From Octopus vulgaris (Eukaryota): a DNA stretch of 64,000 bases. The notes under the pieces were generated by a model, which was not told the origin of the DNA, did not search any database, and worked only from the letters and a program-made list of their open reading frames with translations. Positions 14,349-29,600 of this stretch are shown here, one piece after another. A program made the position numbers and the translations under genes. The stretch lies in NCBI GenBank assembly GCA_951406725.2, contig OX597828.1:71672001-71736000 (forward strand), read 5' to 3'. Numbering within the stretch: position 1 is the first letter of the stretch; each line of letters starts with the position of its first letter.

Positions 14349-14569
14349 GATTTCAAATTTTGGCACAAGGCCAGTAATTTCGGGAGAGGGGGAGGGGGAA
14401 GTCGATTACGTCGACCCCCAGTACTCAAGTGGTGCTTAATTCATCGACCGCAAAACGATGGGAGGCAAAGTCGACCTCGGCGGAACTTGAACTCAGAACG
14501 TGGAACCGGGCGAAATGCTGCTAAGCATTTTGCCCGGCGTGCTAACGATTCTGCCGGCTCGGCCGCCTT
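14349..14569 (-). mobile_element. SINE family A (tRNA-derived head, central GGTCGACTTTGCCTTTCATCC core), near full length
   Basis: Minus strand reads GGCGGCCGAGCCGGCAGAATCGTTAGC...GAGTTCAAGTTCC...tail GGCCTTGTGCCAAAATTTGAAA; several homologous copies elsewhere in the window. Confidence 0.85.
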
Positions 14570-14588
14570 GATGATGATAATAATAATG

Positions 14589-14631
<43 letters not shown>

Positions 14632-15151
14632 TAATAATAATAAAAATAATAATAATAAAAATAATAATATTAATATTAAGGAAGTAATTATATTTAGTCA
14701 AATGAGATAAGGGAGATGAGAGAAGGAGAGGGTGATGTGAGACAGTGAGAGGGGAAGAGAGTGGCAGGAGTAGGGACGCTGAGAGAGAGAGAGAGAGAGA
14801 GGGGGTGAGGGAAATAGAAAGTGAGAAAGTGAAAGGGAGTGAGAAAGAGAGAGGGAGTAAGAAAGACAGAGAGGGAGAGAGAGAGGGGTTGGTAGTGGAG
14901 AGATATGAGAATATTAAGGGAGATGTAGGGAGAGTAGGAAAGAGAACTGCTCTGACGTCAAACTTGGAAATGTGTTCTTCTGATCATGTGATGTTATCTC
15001 CCCAGTTCTGATAAACACAACAACAACAACAACAACAACAATTACAATAAAAACAACAACATGAATAATAATAATAATAATATTAATAATAATATGACGA
15101 GCGTCGACAAGAAATATTTTCGATCACTCTACGGTTTTGATAAAGATGCAG

Positions 15152-15206
<55 letters not shown>

Positions 15207-15236
15207 GGACTTCTGTCTTCATACATACATACATAC

Positions 15237-15281
<45 letters not shown>

Positions 15282-15549
15282 TATGTATGTGTGTATATGT
15301 GTGCGTGTATATGTATGTGTATGTGTGTATATGTGTGCGTGTATATGTATGCATATATATATATATGTATGTATATACATGTATCTACATGCATATACGC
15401 ATACATGCATATATACATTCATGCATGTCTGCATGTATATATACAAAATTGCACTGACATACACACACACACACATGTATACGCGTATGTATGCACTGCA
15501 TTTATATGAGCATGTGCATGCATATATATATATGTATGTGTGTATATAT

Positions 15550-15655
<106 letters not shown>

Positions 15656-15756
15656 ACATGTGTGTATATGTTTATGAATGTATGCATGTGTGTATGTATG
15701 TATATGTATGTCTTCCTGTTGAGAAATTCGAAAGATAAAGCCAGGAAAACATAGAA

Positions 15757-15844
<88 letters not shown>

Positions 15845-15914
15845 GTATGTTTTTATGTATGCATGAATACATGCATGCATGCATGAATGCATCCATCCAT
15901 CCATCCATCTATCC

Positions 15915-16013
<99 letters not shown>

Positions 16014-16353
16014 TTGTTTGGTAGAATAAACATGAACTTATCCCCCTTTTATAGTTTATTTTTCGTCGGCAGAAAGTTATGAAAGTGACTCGAAAGAGCA
16101 AGAGTTTCGTGCCTGGCACTTACCGATTTCCTAAGTGCCTTACGCACAATTCTCGTCCTACTCAAGTCACTTTCGTAACTTTCTGCCGATTGAAAACAAA
16201 ACCCAACCAGCGATCTACATACATACAGTACAATGAAGTACATATATACATTCGTACGTACGTATGTATGTATATATGCATGAGAGAGAGGGGGGGGGGG
16301 AGAGATCATAGGTCAAAACAAGCTGTTTGACATGTAGTTGAGCATGTGACAAA

Positions 16354-16490
16354 ATGGCGGTAAATCGGTCGAGCGTCGGTTAGAATGCTTTGTGCTGTTC
16401 GATTCACTTCTGTGAGTTTTTGGTTCAAATCCCGACATCAACAGCTTGGCCGGTCCTGCTTTCCAGATCGATAAATAAAATACAAGTCCA
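16354..16490 (+). mobile_element. Degenerate SINE family A fragment
   Basis: TGGCGGTAAATCGGTCGAGCG...GGTTCAAATCCC...GATCGATAAATAAAATAC. Confidence 0.45.
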
Positions 16491-17545
16491 TTACAGTCAT
16501 CAATTTCTCTCTCTCTCTCTCTTTCTCTTTCTCTCCTTATATTTTTCTTACACTTCACCTTTCCCTTTTCTACTTCTCTGTTTTGTACCTGCAATTCACG
16601 CGTCCAATCATGATATACATTTTGTCACACTGGTTCGGTCAATTACAGTGCACCCGGCTATCAATATCGAATAGATTACAAAAACAAACAAAAAACACTG
16701 TTTACCACAGTTGAATGCTCATCGTCAATAACCGACGGAGAACCCACCATGTAACAAAACAGTTTGATATGTTTTCTATATTATTATATCACATACTTGT
16801 TCGTGCGACTAGAAGTTTTATTATTGTTTTGTCAGAATCCGCCCCTAGCCGAATATATTTAGCGTCTATGTGTCTCCTCTCTAGCCAGAATGGCATGTAC
16901 TTAAATTAAAGTATTTAAATTAAAGTACGCATTCACTACTGAATTAATTATGATACAGGGACGTAATTATTGAATTAACTCTACATTTATAATTAAGGCT
17001 AATCAGTCAGATGTTATGTCAGTAATATCCCACCACCCCGCCACCAGCCCATCAATCATCTTAAAAACACGTCATTAGCGTGTATTTGCGATACATTGAG
17101 TGTAATGCGCTGACAAGTGTCCCTTTGGTCGAAAAACTTCTCTAGTGATGGTGACCCCACCACCTGTTTTTTTCTCGATCTTTAGGGCATTGATTATAAG
17201 ACTAACAAAGTGTTGTCCCTCGGTCCTTCTATAGCAGTAGAAGGACGAACAAACTAAAACTTCCCTCATATTTTTTTGATATCTCGTTAAACTTCTTAGT
17301 TGTAATATTCAACAAGTAATAACAGTTGAAGTCAGTAGAGTTGTAACATTCATACAATCCACAGGGTTTCATGCGAAGTCACAAGGTGTCCTCAAGAACC
17401 AGTTAACGGATACCACCACCAAGGACAGGTGCCAAATTTTACTGTAGAATCGAAAGACAAAAACTTGTTTACAATTTGTTTACCCTAGAGTCTTTCTTTC
17501 TAATATTAACAGATAAAAAGTAAAACATCACAGAATAAATGTCGT

Positions 17546-17657
<112 letters not shown>

Positions 17658-17718
17658 CATACATTCCTATATACTTACACACATACACACACCGCGCTAA
17701 TATAAACATTGCTGTAGT

Positions 17719-18060
17719 TGACGTCATCCGTTTCTGTCTTCTCTTCATCCACCATTGGTTTGACGTAGCTGGTGACACCAGCTGATCATTTCTACCAATT
17801 TCCATATATATTTATGTCCTCAGCCGACGTCATTGGTTGTGGACTAGAACGTCACTGGGTATTGTTTAATACGTCTGTGTCACCCAGTGTGCTACCAAGT
17901 GCCATCAAGTGTTGTATTATATTATTTCTTAACCTATGCTGCTTATTTACTGCCCTGTCTCTTGTAACTCTGTGATGCCTCTTAATGATACCAAATAGTT
18001 TAGTTTAACCTCCCTGTGCGGAAATATGACGTCACGATGCCCGCTGTCTTGATGATGTCA
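17719..18060. promoter_or_regulatory. Candidate CRE/ATF and CCAAT cis-regulatory cluster
   Basis: TGACGTCA at 17719 and 18027, four near or half sites, and ATTGG twice. Confidence 0.3.
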
Positions 18061-18159
18061 TTAAATATTGCTGTGAAGGGTAACAACTGTTGTTACGGCC
18101 ATTTGCTTTATTTCACAAATTTAATGCTTCAATGGCAATCGTTGTTATTGATGAGATCG

Positions 18160-18359
<200 letters not shown>

Positions 18360-19367
18360 GTCTGTCAAGTACCTATCTGTCTGTTGATGTTTCGGACATG
18401 TGGTAATAATGTCCCAGGAAAACAATGGCTGGACAAGTTTTACTGCCTCCCCACCCAACCCGACCCCCAACAGACGGAAGATCCGGGGTTAGTCTGCGAA
18501 CAAGATGCTTGGATGACATCCATGTGCTCGGTTAGGCTTGCTTGAGGTCACCTACCTACATACATATACACATATGTACACACACACTCTCTCTCTCTCA
18601 CACACACACACATACACACACATATATACATACATATATATGTACATATGTTTATACATACTTACATTCATACATACATATATACACATGTAGGTATAAA
18701 GGCCTACACACATACACACACATATATATATATACATATATGAGTGTATGGTGTTATATCATATATATGCATGAATGCAAGTATGCATATATCTATTAAT
18801 ATATATATATATATATGTATGCAAGTATGCATGCATGCATGTATATGTGTGTGTATGGATGTATGTATGAATGTATATATATATAATATATACACGCACA
18901 CATATACATACTCAGACTTTGAAAGCGAAAAGCAGAAGTATTGATTGAGCTGTATCATTATACATAGCAGAGATCGACAATAACATTTATTATACACGCT
19001 AATGTATGTTAGTGTATTAAACAAAGATGGCATTGCTATGACTCATCGTAAAACTTAAGACCGGTCTCTCAGTACAGTAGTTTCGATGAGAAACCGTCGT
19101 CACATGTTGTCCCGCCGATGTATGAAGTGATGCAGTTAAGATCACTTAAGAATTGGATTGTAACCTACCCGCATACAGCATCGATTTCGTCATAATTACG
19201 TGAATCTATTGACAGACACGTGCATATGCATGCGCGTATCTATATATACATACATGCATACATGCATACATATTTATACACGCGCATACATGCATGTACA
19301 TGTACGTACATGTTCAGTTATTCATCTATTCATATACATGCATTTGGGAAATTGTTTGTCGTTTGAG

Positions 19368-19567
19368 ATACAAGGCCTTAATTTCTTTCTTTCTCTTTTT
19401 GTGGGGAAAGGAACTTATGGACCCTAGTATATGACTGGTACTTTATTTTATTGATCCCGAAACGAGAAAGGATGCCGTTGACCACATCGAAGTTTGAACT
19501 CAGAACGTAAAGAGTCGCAACAACTACAGCCAGGCATTGTGTTCGACGGTCTTACGATTCTGCCAAT
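19368..19567 (-). mobile_element. SINE family A, degenerate
   Basis: Plus strand TTTGAACTCAGAACGT...CGATTCTGCCAA and ACTGGTACTTTATTTTATTGATCCCGAAA match the other copies. Confidence 0.7.
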
Positions 19568-19611
19568 CAAAGTTCACAATCATACATGTATGTGTGTGTA
19601 TGTGTGTATGA

Positions 19612-19691
<80 letters not shown>

Positions 19692-19843
19692 CATACATAT
19701 GCATATATTCATATACAGGCACAACGTACACAGGGTATATATTCTTACATGCATGCATATATAAATATTCAGATCGAATCTTCAATGTGTTAACATGTGC
19801 CTCCTAACGACAATGTATCCTTTAATCTAAACAAGATATCCTT

Positions 19844-19927
19844 GACCTGAAGAGTAGCCAGTGGTATACACCCCACTTGGTTATTTACCACTTCCGAACT
19901 TCCGCTCGCTATGAAACATATGTAGCC
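19844..19927 (+). ncRNA. Minimal type I hammerhead ribozyme motif (Penelope/retrozyme type)
   Basis: gac-CTGAAGA-GTAGC...GCTAT-GAAA-CATATG-TA-gcc: intact core, 5-bp stem II, palindromic stem III, GUA cleavage triplet. Stem I has a mismatch. Confidence 0.7.
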
Positions 19928-19956
19928 CAGATTTTTATCTACTCCATTCCTTAACT

Positions 19957-20031
<75 letters not shown>

Positions 20032-20340
20032 ATATATGTGTTCATGTATGTATGCATGTATGTATATGTGCGTGTGTGTGTCTGTATATACACGTATGTA
20101 TAATCATACATACATACAAATATGTTTATATATATCTGTATCTATGTATCTCTATACATATATATCTATCTGCATGTTTATACGCACGTACAGATGCCTA
20201 TGTATGTATGTATGTATGTATGTATGTATGTATGTATGTATGTATGTATGTTTGTATGTATGTATGTATGTATGTATGTATGTATGTATGTATCTATCTA
20301 TCTGTCTATTTGTCTGTCTGTCTATCTTTCTAGTTATCCA

Positions 20341-20396
<56 letters not shown>

Positions 20397-21116
20397 GTAC
20401 CAACATACATGTATGCCTATAATGTATGTATTCAAGGCAAGTATGTGTTTGAAAAAGATTTATGTATCTATAATTCTCATTGAGTTTGTACGTAATGAAT
20501 AAATTAACTACCCAAATAAAGTACATTTATGTATGTACTATAAATATACATAAACATATGTACAAATATATATGAATATACGGCCTAACTGTATATATAT
20601 ATATATATATACATATACTTATATAAAGTGTGTATATGAAACACGTATAGTATTCAATAGCAGTCTCCAGTCCCTCCGCTGTTGGGGGTACAATAATTCT
20701 TACTTCATTTAGAGTAAGAAGAGGCATAGACATCACAACACAGAGTTGCTGTTGCACGGTGGAATCGCTTGCGAATCCGAAACCGTCTTAGAAATCAATA
20801 ATTCTTTAAATGCCTCCTTTGCAGCAGAGCAAGACCCGGTGTTGAACAAAGCAACAAGGTTTCAGAGAGGCTGAGAGTAATGGTAGCAGCAGCAGCAGTA
20901 GTAGTAGTAGTAATGGTGGTGGTGGTTGCGGTAGAAAATGAAACTGGATGTATTTGTTTGTGTGTGTGTGTGTTTTGTGTGTGTGTGTGAGTGTCTATTT
21001 AGTAAAAATTTACTTTACCAAAAAGAAGCGTAGACAAGGGGAAAATCATAATATCTAATTGTGAAAGATTTGCTATAATATCATGTAGCATATATTAAAT
21101 TCTACGTAGGCATATA

Positions 21117-21152
<36 letters not shown>

Positions 21153-21347
21153 ATGTATATACAGATACACACACACACACACACGCACACACACTCATAA
21201 AGCTTTTACTTTCGCCCAACACACACACTCACGCACACCTACATGCATATCATAATGGCAGTCACATATTTTCACATGAGCAAATAGACACGCCACATTG
21301 AAACACGCACACACAGACACACATATGCACCAACATACACACCTAGT

Positions 21348-21388
<41 letters not shown>

Positions 21389-21723
21389 GCATACACGAAT
21401 CTACGCTACATGTGCCGCCATTCAGGCAAACAGACATATAGATCTATCTAACTATTCTTGCTACACATTCATACACATACAAAGATCGATTCTCAATGTG
21501 GTTTGGTAGAAACTAATATCAGTCATTGCAGGGCCTCTTCTTCTTCTTATCTACCTCTCAGCTCTCATCCGTCTTTCCTTCTTCCAGTTTCTCATTCTTT
21601 CCCCTCTTCTCGCTGTCTCTCACTCTACCCTCTCTCTCTCTCTAACCCTTTCTATTCTGCCCTCGCACTCAATCCCTCTTTCTTTCACCCTCTTTTTCTC
21701 TCACACACTCACACACTCACACT

Positions 21724-22065
21724 CTCTCTATTCTTCTATTCCTCTCTTCCGAGTCCACTTTCATTCTCTCTATTCCTCTATTCCTCTCTTCCGAGTCCAC
21801 TTTCATTCTCTCTATTCCTCTATTCCTCTCTTCCGAGTCCACTTTCATTCTCTCTATTCCTCTATTCCTCTCTTCCGAGTCCACTTTCATTCTCTCTATT
21901 CCTCTATTCCTCTCTTCCGAGTCCACTTTCATTCTCTCTATTCCTCTATTCCTCTCTTCCGAGTCCACTTTCATTCTCTCTATTCCTCTATTCCTCTCTT
22001 CCGAGTCCACTTTCATTCTCTCTATTCCTCTATTCCTCTCTTCCGAGTCCACTTTCATTCTCTCT
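21724..22065. repeat. 42-bp minisatellite, about 8 near-identical copies
   Basis: Unit CTATTCCTCTATTCCTCTCTTCCGAGTCCACTTTCATTCTCT; accounts for the repetitive ORFs 21458-22690 and 21717-22058. Confidence 0.95.
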
Positions 22066-22751
22066 CACACACCCTCTCTGTTATTCTCGTCCTCACACCC
22101 TATTCCCCCCTCTCTTACAGTCTCTATCTTTTTATTTTACTCCCCCTTACTCTACCTCCTACCCCAGTCATAAGCTCCATAACGCAGCAGACGACATCTT
22201 CTCCCCACTTCACTCACTCACAGTCTCTATGGCTGCTTTTCTTTCCTTTACACACGCGGGTTGTTCAGTTTTCGACTGGCGTGACTCTTTTCTTTACCTT
22301 ATATTTCGTTTGTTTAACAGACAACATTTACTTGCAGAACAAATCCTTCCATATTTCTTTCTTCCATTTATTTATTCATTACAATATATGTTTTATTGTA
22401 TTCTCCTCTATAAACCAACACCTCCCCTTCACCATCACAACCAACTCATACATTCCCCCTCTCTTTGCATTTCACTCTTTCACTCTTCCTATTTCCCACT
22501 CACATTGCGTCTTTCTTCTACTCTCTTTCTCCCTCACTCTATCATACAACCTGTCTATTCACCCTCTATCTCACTCACACTTCCTCTCAGCTCTTACCCG
22601 TTCACTTCACTCTGTCTTTCCTGCCAGGGGAACAGTGTGTTCAGCGTGATGGCAATTGAATCAGTGAAAGACATAAAGCAAACGTTGTAATTAATTAGTG
22701 AAACAGAGTTTGCCACTGTTCATTGGTATGCAGCATACTTCTTCCTGCCTG

Positions 22752-22856
<105 letters not shown>

Positions 22857-22939
22857 GTTTGCCTGGCTGTCTGTCTATCTCACTGTTTATCGACCAATCA
22901 ATCAATTTATCCCACTCACCCTCTTCTCTCTGTCTCTGC

Positions 22940-22981
<42 letters not shown>

Positions 22982-23018
22982 TATACACACATACACATAC
23001 AGGAAGAACTGTACATTT

Positions 23019-23072
<54 letters not shown>

Positions 23073-23382
23073 CTATGTTTATAAACACACATTCACGCAT
23101 CACATACAAGCACAAACACACAGAGATGGAATGATGTATAGATACACACACACGCGCATACACACATATACACACACATATACATACATATATATTCTAA
23201 CGTGAATGTGTATATTAATGGAGTCAGTATATATATTAAGGTAACATGCATGTTTATATTTCCATATACATGACGAACAAAAACAAAAATAAAATCACAA
23301 ACACAGACCCACAACATATTTATCGTTATATATGTGAACTCGTTATATAATATATACGTACATATATATTTATGTATGTATA

Positions 23383-23418
<36 letters not shown>

Positions 23419-23462
23419 TGTATGTATGTATGTATGTATGTATGTATGTATGTATGTATGTA

Positions 23463-23710
<248 letters not shown>

Positions 23711-24171
23711 ATAAGTGCATATACATATGTATATGTGAATGAGTAGGACTGCTGAACGAAGTTTGAAAAAGCGTCACACAGAACACGGGCAAGGCATGGA
23801 CGTCACAACATCAAACATTTCTCCTCTGCCTTCTTTGAACCTGTGACATTGCTTCACGTCCGTTTGGAAATGTTACACCCACGGAGTAAAGATGGGAGAA
23901 CACCGACACCATCCCCGCCAATCACCACCATGACCACCACCACCAAAACCACCACCACCACCATCATCATGATCATCATCATCATCATCGTCGTCGTCAC
24001 CATCATATCATAGTCGTCGTCGTCGTCGTCGTCATCAAGATAACACTGTTTTGATAAATTACTACAATGTTCAGAGCAATGAAATTATAATAATGTCTGC
24101 CTAAAATTCTGTCTGTGCGTCCCTACCACCATCCTGTGAATTTTTTTTGTGCATTTCTACCTGTCTGAACC

Positions 24172-24242
<71 letters not shown>

Positions 24243-24610
24243 ACGTGTGTGTGTGTGTGTGTGAGTCTTTAAACTCTCCCCGTTCATACAGCTGTTTGTT
24301 TGTCCTCTTCGTCCTCTTCTTCCTCCTCCTCTTCCTCCTCATCCCCATACCCCACTCTATTCTCCTTCCCCTCCCCGCCATTGTCTTCATCGACATCTTC
24401 ATCAACCTGCATTGCTTTGATTCTTTGCAGCACACCTTTCTCTCTCGTCTGTTATATCACCCCCACCCCCAGCATGCATTTCTCACCCATTCTAGCCCCT
24501 ACTGTCCCCCACACTAGCCCTTAAACTCCTACCATCACCCTCGCTTCTCACCCCGACATGCATTACTCTCACGCTGTAACCTCAAATTCTCACCCTGTCC
24601 TTTATAACTT

Positions 24611-24701
24611 CGTAGTTTGGGTATTGCGTTCACGATCGCTTCGATCATGGACAAGGCAGCGTGTTGTGTTCTGGAACAAAACACTTAGTTTCACTTCGCC
24701 C
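24611..24701 (+). mobile_element. Degenerate SINE family C head
   Basis: GCGTGTTGTGTTCTGGAACAAAACACTTAGTTTCAC resembles 57140-57180. Confidence 0.45.
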
Positions 24702-25283
24702 TAGAGACCGATCTGTCAAAGAATAGACCCAACGTTTCCTCTGCCTGTCGCATTTACCTTCTGATTTACCTTCTGACCTCATAAAACCCTCACCAACCAC
24801 AACTGACTACCCAGAACAGGCAGACCCATGAGTTTGGAGGGTTGTCTCCTGAGTGGCACCTAGGTATCATCCACCAACAGATCCACAACAAATGGTGGAT
24901 GAAGCGACGAGTTGTTACAGCACATGCCCCCATATTACTACTACTACTACTAGCCCTCACGTTTCGCTTTACCCTTCACTTCCCACCCAACTTAGCCCTC
25001 ATTTCTCCCCCCACCCAACGCTTCTCACCCACCTTAACACTAATACACACCAGACCCTGGCAACTCCCTGTTCAACCAGTACCTTACATCACATCCCTAA
25101 TCTCCCTCTCGTTCATCCCACCCACCTCGACTGTCCCACCTTATCCTTACAATTTATCCAACCCCTCAAAATTCAATCATAGCCTTAACATCACGCCACG
25201 TCGATATAAATTCCTGTTTAATGGACCTTAAATATTTCCTACCTTCTTTTATCCAAAACTAGTCACTGATATAACATACAATA

Positions 25284-25499
25284 CAGACTGTTCAAAAACT
25301 CTCTCCGCAGTGAGTTTTTCCCATCCAAGATGTATTACAACACATGTGTAGAAGAGTCAACTTACGTATTGGAAATGAATAACGACACTTTCAACACCTC
25401 TTATAAAGTTTTTTAAAGTCTTTTGTAGTCTTCTACCATCCTATAAATATTTATTTTGCAATAAAATATTTGCTATGGAGAGACGTTTTGAACATCCTG
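25284..25499. mobile_element. Tc1/mariner-superfamily MITE
   Basis: TA|CAGACTGTTCAAAAACTCTCTCCGCAG ... CTATGGAGAGACGTTTTGAACATCCTG|TA: about 28-bp TIRs with a TA duplication. Confidence 0.8.
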
Positions 25500-25851
25500 T
25501 ATAATATAATATGATATATTGATAAATTGGTTATAGGGTTCATTAGAATCCAGGCGCATCAACACATAGGGTGCCAGAACTGGCTAGGCACCGTAACATA
25601 GGGTTCACAGTGAGGCAAAACAACCATGAGGTATCATGTGTTGATTGTATATAGCAGATATGTAGATATGTAAGTACCAAATGCAGTTTAAACTATAGAT
25701 CAGACTCAGAACTGGTTTCAGGTTCGGCGTATAATATGTCAGGCTTATTAACATAAAACAACCACCAGTAATATACTAGTTGCCACCCAATAGACTACTT
25801 AAGCTTTTGGTATTTCTAGAAAAAAAAAAATTATTATTATTATTATTATTA

Positions 25852-25985
25852 TTTCACTTTTGTTTCTATTTCTTGCCGAGTGTCTTCCCGACACCTGGGG
25901 CAAAGAAACTCACTGTATACATTGGTAAGCCATTAGAATAAACAAACCAGGTTGTTCAATTAGAAAGTCAAGATATGCGATAGAA
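25852..25985 (-). mobile_element. Short LINE-like 3' UTR fragment between (TTA)n runs
   Basis: Unique stretch ending in (AAT)n on the minus strand, in a context like the other Dong-type tails. Confidence 0.35.
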
Positions 25986-26023
25986 AAAAGGGGAAAAGAA
26001 ACAAATTATCATTATTATTTTTA

Positions 26024-26114
<91 letters not shown>

Positions 26115-26129
26115 CATTATTATTACATG

Positions 26130-26545
26130 CTATATTAGTTAGCAAGGATGTTGTGTTGAGGTTTGGCGACAACAACTCTCCCCATATCTCAAGAATCTTT
26201 TTTTAAGATTCTTGCACAATGAAGGATGCCATTTTTCTGCAGATCGACAATGTGAGTCTCACTTCTGACACCTTTTAGTCCCTCGGGTAGCAACTGGAAT
26301 ACTGTGCCGTGTACCCCAATTGCTGCCGGGATAACCATCACCGCTGTCTTCCACAACCTCTTCAACTCTCCCTGGCAAGGCCTTAGTATTTCAATCTATT
26401 TAATATCCATTCTGTTATCATATGGTATTACAAAGTCTATGATCTAAACCATTTTTGTTCTTTACAATCTTACATGGTCTCCATTCTTCAGCAGTATGGC
26501 CAGACTTTATGGAGAAATCCAATAAAACCCTGTAATTATTTTCCA
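26130..26545 (-). mobile_element. R4/Dong-type LINE 3' fragment (restriction-like endonuclease domain)
   Basis: Translates with disablements to IIDFVIPYDNR...ELKRLWK...VIPAAIGVHGTV...DLQKNGILHCARILKKIL; flanked by (TTA)n. Confidence 0.8.
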
Positions 26546-26565
26546 TACAGCTTATGACACCTATA

Positions 26566-26622
<57 letters not shown>

Positions 26623-29600
26623 TGTTGTCGTCGTTGTTATTATTTATTAGGGTCGCTCCTCCAGATAGATTTTGCAGTGACTAGTGCCCTGTTCCTATTT
26701 TGAGGCAATATGCAGCAACTCGTATACTTCGACATGTATGTAGCGCTATCTTCTTAGCTGCAACTGCACGGTTATATAACGCTCAAACTTCAGCCGTGCA
26801 ACCACAATTGTGCAGCCAGAATTGCTGAATGACCATATTTAAAAGCCACCAGTTGCCACTTACTTATTCCAACTTTATTCCAAATGAAGAAAAGATATCT
26901 CTTCTGGACTAAATTTTCTACCTTTTATCTCTAAATCATCTCAAAAGAAATTTCATTCAAGATGGAAGACATCTGCACTGGTTTGCATCGCTGATATCAT
27001 CTTTATGGCAATACTTATCCCAAAATAAAACAGGAAGAATTGTTGTGACATGTTGACCCCTCTAAGTTTGTAGCTTTACAGCTCGCCCCTAAGGAAAGCT
27101 TCTTGTCAACCTATATTTTCTCGTGTGCAGTTAAGACATTCAGAAAACATTTTCAAATAAATACGAATCACGTGTCATCACACGTGAGGGAAAACAGACA
27201 TCTTAGCCAGAAATAAAATGATTGGGAGATAACTCTGAATGATCGAGTGGAGAGAACTTAAACACTCACCAAATGGTATTATACTGTCGACTGTTATTTT
27301 ATAGAAAGAACAAGTTTATTTGGTCTGAAAGAGGAGAAATTAAGAAATGTGTCTTAAATTAGTAGGCTTATAGGTACCTGGCTGGTGAAATGCTGATGTC
27401 ATTAGTTGAATAGCTTGCATTTCGTGGTGGTTATTTTGACCAGTGGCAATCCAGGGTTCTCTATGCATGAATAACGTGTGGTTGACCACTCCATCAAAAC
27501 CAGACTCTTTCTATTTTATATAAATCTGGGTTCATAAAGCACCCGGAATGATTGGTAAAATTTAAGGGTGACAGTCATTAATCGCGACAGATTCTGAGTT
27601 TAGAAAAGGACGGTTGTTCAACTTTATTCAGAAAACTTTGAGATAAAGATTTTCTGGTCAACTTCCAAGTATTCTTGGCATTTTTAGACAACTAACGAAC
27701 CCTGTTAACTCGTCATAAATTGTGTAGGTGCTATAAATGATGACCGAACAAGACGCGACAGGAAACCGGAAATGATATTTCATATTCCGGCCTGTAGATT
27801 TATATCGAAGAACTCTTTGGCAGTTTGAACTATATGATTGTAGAGAAGTCTCTAGATTTGTTCTTGGACAAATGCAACATGACATCATATCTGTCGATGT
27901 TTGCGGTCAATATTCAGTGACATTGAAGGCACAGAAAGGGACAGTTTAGAAAGATCAAATAGCTTTCCCCTCAATAGGATTTCTTCAAATATTTCGCAAA
28001 AAAGAAAATATGGTGAAACCATTTCTGTCCTATGTAAACTTTAATGAACGACAATTGAGGACAATTAATCTGTTATGGATTAACGGAGCGAATATACTGT
28101 AAGGACCCAAGATGCAATAACGGAGGACAATTATCTACAAACGAAGAACTTCGGTCTCCCTCATCTCTTTGACCCATCGGAGGGTCTACTTTTTTGATAT
28201 ATTTAGCGATATTTTGAACTGTTTTGAGTTAATTATTTTTCATGGTGGTTCTATTTAAAAATGATATTCTTCTCCCAAGCAGCCTAGGTTCCGAATGAAA
28301 AATTTTGTTGTTCTAAACAATAATTAGGTTTCTTTAATACTTGGCTGATTTCATACCCCTTTATTCGAAGTAACCCCTCACCTACTATTGTTGTTTTTCT
28401 TTATAAATTACCTTTCTATTACTATTATTATTATTATTGTTGTTGTTAGTTTTTTTTTGGCGCAGAACTGGTTACTGGTTATGTGGTGCAGTACTTTAGC
28501 GACACCAAATACTATTTAGGTTAAAGCTCTTTCTCCTCTTTGGCCGCCTCTATGTGCATGTACGTACGTATGTATGTATGTATGTATGTATGTATGTATG
28601 TATGTATGTATGTATGTATGTATGTATGTATGTATGTATGTATGTATGTATGTATGTATGTATGTATGTATGTATGTATGTATGTATGTATGTATGTATG
28701 TATGTGTCTGTCTGTCTGTCTGTCTGTATGTATGTATGTATGTACGTATGTATCTATGCATGTATGTGTGTGTGTATGTGTGCATGTATGTATGTGTGTG
28801 TATGTGTATGTATGTATATGTGTGTGTGTGTATGTATGTATGTATGTGCATGTATGTATGTGCGTGCGTGTGTGTGTATGCATGCAAAGGCGTACGTATG
28901 TATGTATCTATGTATGTGCCTGTATGTGTGTATATGTATGCATTTGTTACACCCACACACACCCACAGCCATCTCTATAGATCTGTACACACTTGTCTTC
29001 TTGTTAGTAAAAACAGCCATGAGCTGATGCTGAAATCCTTATGACCATCGCTTCAGTCCAACGAGTTCCACAATCAAAGCAAGTCTTTGACTAATCAACT
29101 CGTTTGTTTGTGATTGTCCAGGGTAAAATAACCTACAGGACACAGCAGAGTCGTGCCATAAGTTGGAATGGACAAATTATATTCATTGTTGTCATAACAA
29201 TCATTCTGGAGTTAATCTCACAAAAAAACCCCTTCAACAGTTGAAATATCAGGGTTTTGTTAAATGTATTACTAAAAGACTTAAATCTCTTTTATTGGTC
29301 TCAGAGAAAGGCGATGTATGCTTAAGACTATTTCGTGTTGCATTTCTTATAATATTTAATTCCTAGAAAATATATTCTAAATAACCAACTTCTTCAACCA
29401 TAGTGAATTCCATTATTGTTATTAATCTGTGTGTCAACATCACTTTTCTCTTCTTGATGATTATGACTAGACAGTTAAGGAATAATTCCTTGTTTCGAGA
29501 CTGTTATGTCCAATTATCTATGGTCTGAAAAGTCAAGGTCACGCCGTATGATGATTTCAAACCGAACTGAATTCCTGATACAAGGCAATATTCCACAAGA

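Noticed and set aside
21458-22690. 410-aa ORF
   Set aside because: It is open because of CT-rich low complexity and the 42-bp minisatellite; no protein signature.
27560-28260. Possible TTAA-type DNA transposon starting TTAAGGGTGACAG
   Set aside because: No matching second TIR or coding remnant was found by eye.
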